A DNA stretch of 64,000 nucleotides, from NCBI GenBank assembly GCA_963762145.1, contig CAVXJS010000015.1:32001-96000 (forward strand), read 5' to 3'. Both the position numbers and the translations under genes were made by a program. The stretch's first letter is position 1. The number at the start of each line of letters is the position of its first letter. The notes below the pieces were generated by a model. It worked only from the letters and a program-made list of their open reading frames with translations. It searched no databases and had not been told where the DNA came from. Below, in pieces: positions 61,539 through 64,000 of this stretch. Origin of the DNA: an uncultured Candidatus Rokubacteria bacterium. GTDB taxonomy: Bacteria > Methylomirabilota > Methylomirabilia > Rokubacteriales > CSP1-6.

Positions 61539-62873
61539 CCCCGGCCGATCCGGCGGTGGCGGCGGGCCGGCGGTGGCTGATGTGGGGGATCCCGGCCCTC
61601 ATCTTCCTCATCGCGTTCCTGCACCGCGCGGCGCCCGGCGTGATCGCCAAGGAGCTCATGCAGGCGTTCGAGATCACCGGCACCGTGGTGGGCCTGCTCT
61701 CCGCGATGTACTTCTACTCCTACGCGGGCTTCATGGTCCCGGGCGGGGTGCTGATCGACAGCGTGGGCCCGCGCTGGGTGATCGCGGGCGGCGGGGCGGT
61801 GATGGGCGTGGGCTCGCTCGCGATGGGGCTCGCCGCGAGCCCCACCGTGCTCTTCGCCGGCCGCCTGCTGGTGGGCCTGGGCGCGACCGTGACCTTCACC
61901 GGGGCGCTCAAGATCGCGGCGAACTGGTTCCCGCGATCGCAGTTCGGGATGATGTCCGCGCTGACCGCGACGGTGGGCGTGCTCGGCGCGCTCGTCGGCA
62001 GCGCGCCCCTCGCCGCGCTGGCCGGGAGCGTGTCCTGGCGCGGGCGCCCTCATCATCATCGGCGCGGCCACGCTGGCGGCCGCGCTCCTCTGCGCCGCCG
62101 CGGTGCGCGATCAGCCCGCGGACGCGCCGCGTGCGTCCGCCGACGCGGCGTCGCTCCGGGTCGTGCTCGCCGGCACGCTCCAGGTGCTGCGCAACCCGCA
62201 CACCTGGCCGCCCTTCCTCTGCTTCTTCTTCCTCTACGCCGCGATGGGCAACTTCTTCCTGTGGAGCGTGCCGTTCCTCCGGGACGTCTACCAGCTCCCC
62301 ATCACGCAGGCCGCGCTCTACGCCTCCCTGCCCTCGCTCGCGCTCCTGGTCTCCGCGCCGCTGACCGGATATCTGTCCGACCGCGTGCTGCACCGCCGGA
62401 AGCTCCCCTACATCGTCCTGGTCGCCGGGCAGTTCCTGGTGTGGCTCGCGTTCCTCCTGACGCTCGGCACCCTCGCGCTGCCCGGGGTCTGCGCGCTCTT
62501 CGTGCTCCTGGGCGTCATGGGCGGCGCCTTCGTGCTCACCTGGCCGATGGGAGCCGAGGTGAACCCGCCCGAGCTCGCGGGCAGCGCGGTCGCGGTAACC
62601 AACCTGGGCGGCTTCGTGGGCGCCGCCCTCACCCAGGGTCCGGTGGGCGCCGTGCTCGACGCGGGATGGACCGGCGCCCTCGTCGAGGGGGCCCGCGTGT
62701 ACCCGGTGGCGTCCTACCGCGGCGCGTTCGCGCTCTGTGTCCTGTTCGTGCTCCTGGGTGCCGCGATCAGCCTCCTGCTGAAGGAGACGCACGGGGAGAA
62801 CGTCCATCACCGGCTGCGCCCGGCCCATCCGCCCGCGGGAACCGCGCCCCGTAGGGCTCGGGGGGAATCCTGA
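61535..62873 (+). CDS. MFS transporter (frameshift ~62045)
   Basis: YFYSYAGFMVPGGVLIDSVGPR motif A; GYLSDR..RRK; about 12 TMs across two frames. Confidence 0.85.
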
Positions 62874-63371
62874 GCGCGTTGGTGACGAACGCGATCAGGT
62901 GGTAGAACCCGGCCAGCGCGATCAGCTCGATGAGCTGCGGCTCGGTCCACTCGGTCCGCAGCGCGGCCCAGAGGGCGTCGTCCACCCGGGCCCGGTCGTG
63001 GAGGGCGTCCACCAGCCGGAGGAGGAGGCGCTCGCGCTCCGGGAACGCGGCGGCCTCCGCCTCGGGCGCGCAGGTGGCCGCGACCTGGGACGCGGTGAGG
63101 CCGACCCGCTCGGCGAAGAAGGCCACGTGCACGCCCCATTCGTACTCGGAGCCGCAGCGTGCACAGGTCCGGTCGATGACGATCTCGCGCTCGCGCAGGC
63201 TGATCGAGCCGCGGTCCAGCAGGCCGCCCGCCATCACGCGCAGGAAGACCCGCTCGTTGACCGCGAGGGTGCGGAAAGCGCGAGGGGCGCCGGCGGCATG
63301 ACGCGGTCGAGCGCTTCCTGGACCAGCGGCGACTAGGGGGCCTCGAGGGGGGCGATGCGGGCAGCGGTCAT
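62767..63371 (-). pseudogene. CMD/AhpD-family protein with in-frame TAG (codon 13) and frameshift ~63277
   Basis: MTAARIAPLEAP*SPLVQEALDRVMPP...; downstream REREIVIDRTCARCGSEYEWGVH. Confidence 0.7.
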
Positions 63372-63393
63372 GGCGTCGATCCTCCGGACATCC

Positions 63394-63442
63394 CTGCTAT
63401 CGTTTCAGTAGCAGACATCCTACCGCTACGTATTCAGTAGCG
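63394..63442. promoter_or_regulatory. two inverted repeats, candidate HxlR-family operators
   Basis: CTGCTA-n9-TAGCAG (63394-63414) and CGCTAC-n7-GTAGCG (63424-63442) between divergent CMD and HxlR genes. Confidence 0.6.
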
Positions 63443-63455
63443 CAAGAGAGGCGCG

Positions 63456-63818
63456 ATGGCGGGGACGCCCAGGCTGGGACGGCCGGTCCGGGGCTCGCGG
63501 ACGGGGCGGCCGATCATGGCCCTCCTGGACCTGCTGAGCCGGCGCTGGACGCTGCGGGTGATCTGGGAGCTGCGCGGCGGCCGGCTGACCTTTCGCGCGC
63601 TCCAGGAGGCCTGCGGGGGCGTGAGCCCGACCGTGCTCAACGAGCGGCTGCGCGAGCTGCGGGAGAGCGGGCTGCTCGACTCGGCGGGCGCGGCGGGCTA
63701 CGGCCTCACGCGGATGGGGCGCGATCTGATCGAGCAGTTCCTGCCGCTGGTCGCCTGGTCGGCCCGGTGGGCCGCCGCGGTCACTCGCGGTCGAGGAACC
63801 CCTCGGTCATCGCGTTGA
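63456..63818 (+). CDS. HxlR-family winged-helix transcriptional regulator
   Basis: LDLLSRRWTLRVIWEL, FRALQ, SPTVLNERLREL, YGLT. Confidence 0.88.
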   Translation: MAGTPRLGRPVRGSRTGRPIMALLDLLSRRWTLRVIWELRGGRLTFRALQEACGGVSPTVLNERLRELRESGLLDSAGAAGYGLTRMGRDLIEQFLPLVAWSARWAAAVTRGRGTPRSSR

Positions 63819-64000
63819 CCTCGGGGATGCCGGTGCGCGCGATCGCGTTGATGCGGGCCTTGACCTCGGCGAGCGGGCGGACCGGCTTCTTGGCCAGGAG
63901 CTGCGCGTACTCGAGCGCGGCCTGCGCCAGCTCCGCCCCCGGCACCACCCGATTCACGAGGCCCCACGCCTGGGCGTCGGCCGCCGAGTAGCGGCGCGCA
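63781..64000 (-). CDS. enoyl-CoA hydratase/isomerase family, C-terminal part
   Basis: Manual translation RRYSAADAQAWGLVNRVVPGAELAQAALEYAQLLAKKP...FLDRE*. Confidence 0.75.
   Translation of the reverse strand, partial: ARRYSAADAQAWGLVNRVVPGAELAQAALEYAQLLAKKPVRPLAEVKARINAIARTGIPEVNAMTEGFLDRE

Noticed and set aside
63333-63335. In-frame TAG as pyrrolysine/readthrough recoding
   Set aside because: Looks like TAC>TAG, is followed by a frameshift, and no pyl genes are visible
1-64000. Mobile-element hallmarks (integrase, tRNA att site, terminal repeats) for the island
   Set aside because: None recognised; 'island' here means a co-regulated accessory block, mobility is not shown

Overview
High-GC (roughly 70% by eye) diderm bacterial DNA; gene style suggests Candidatus Rokubacteria/Methylomirabilota (inference only). 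Positions ~0.8-57.8 kb form a coherent accessory region of two-component genes, many small exported proteins/lipoproteins, envelope and ion-homeostasis genes (HdeA/B-like, HdeD-like, YdiK, PqiA, K+ channel, MscS, Pal, OprB, DUF3300/DUF2950/DUF4105, RND pump, NhaA) and a sugar-release/oxidative pentose phosphate/SthA block. The main unannotated signal is an 18-bp palindrome (best copy ATAGGACCTTGGTCCTAT) found 15 times plus one degenerate copy, almost always intergenic and usually 21-23 nt upstream of a -10-like hexamer. It resembles the mycobacterial DosR box, and the resident FixJ-type regulator shares DosR's AEKTVK recognition-helix residues, suggesting a self-contained ~57-kb regulon island. 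The island shows deletion junctions that fuse truncated genes, two complementary gene fragments 51 kb apart, paralog pairs and clustered frameshifts (decay or assembly error). The last ~6 kb (CoA transferase, enolase-superfamily enzyme, MFS, HxlR, enoyl-CoA hydratase) lacks the motif. No rRNA, tRNA, CRISPR or mobile-element genes were recognised.
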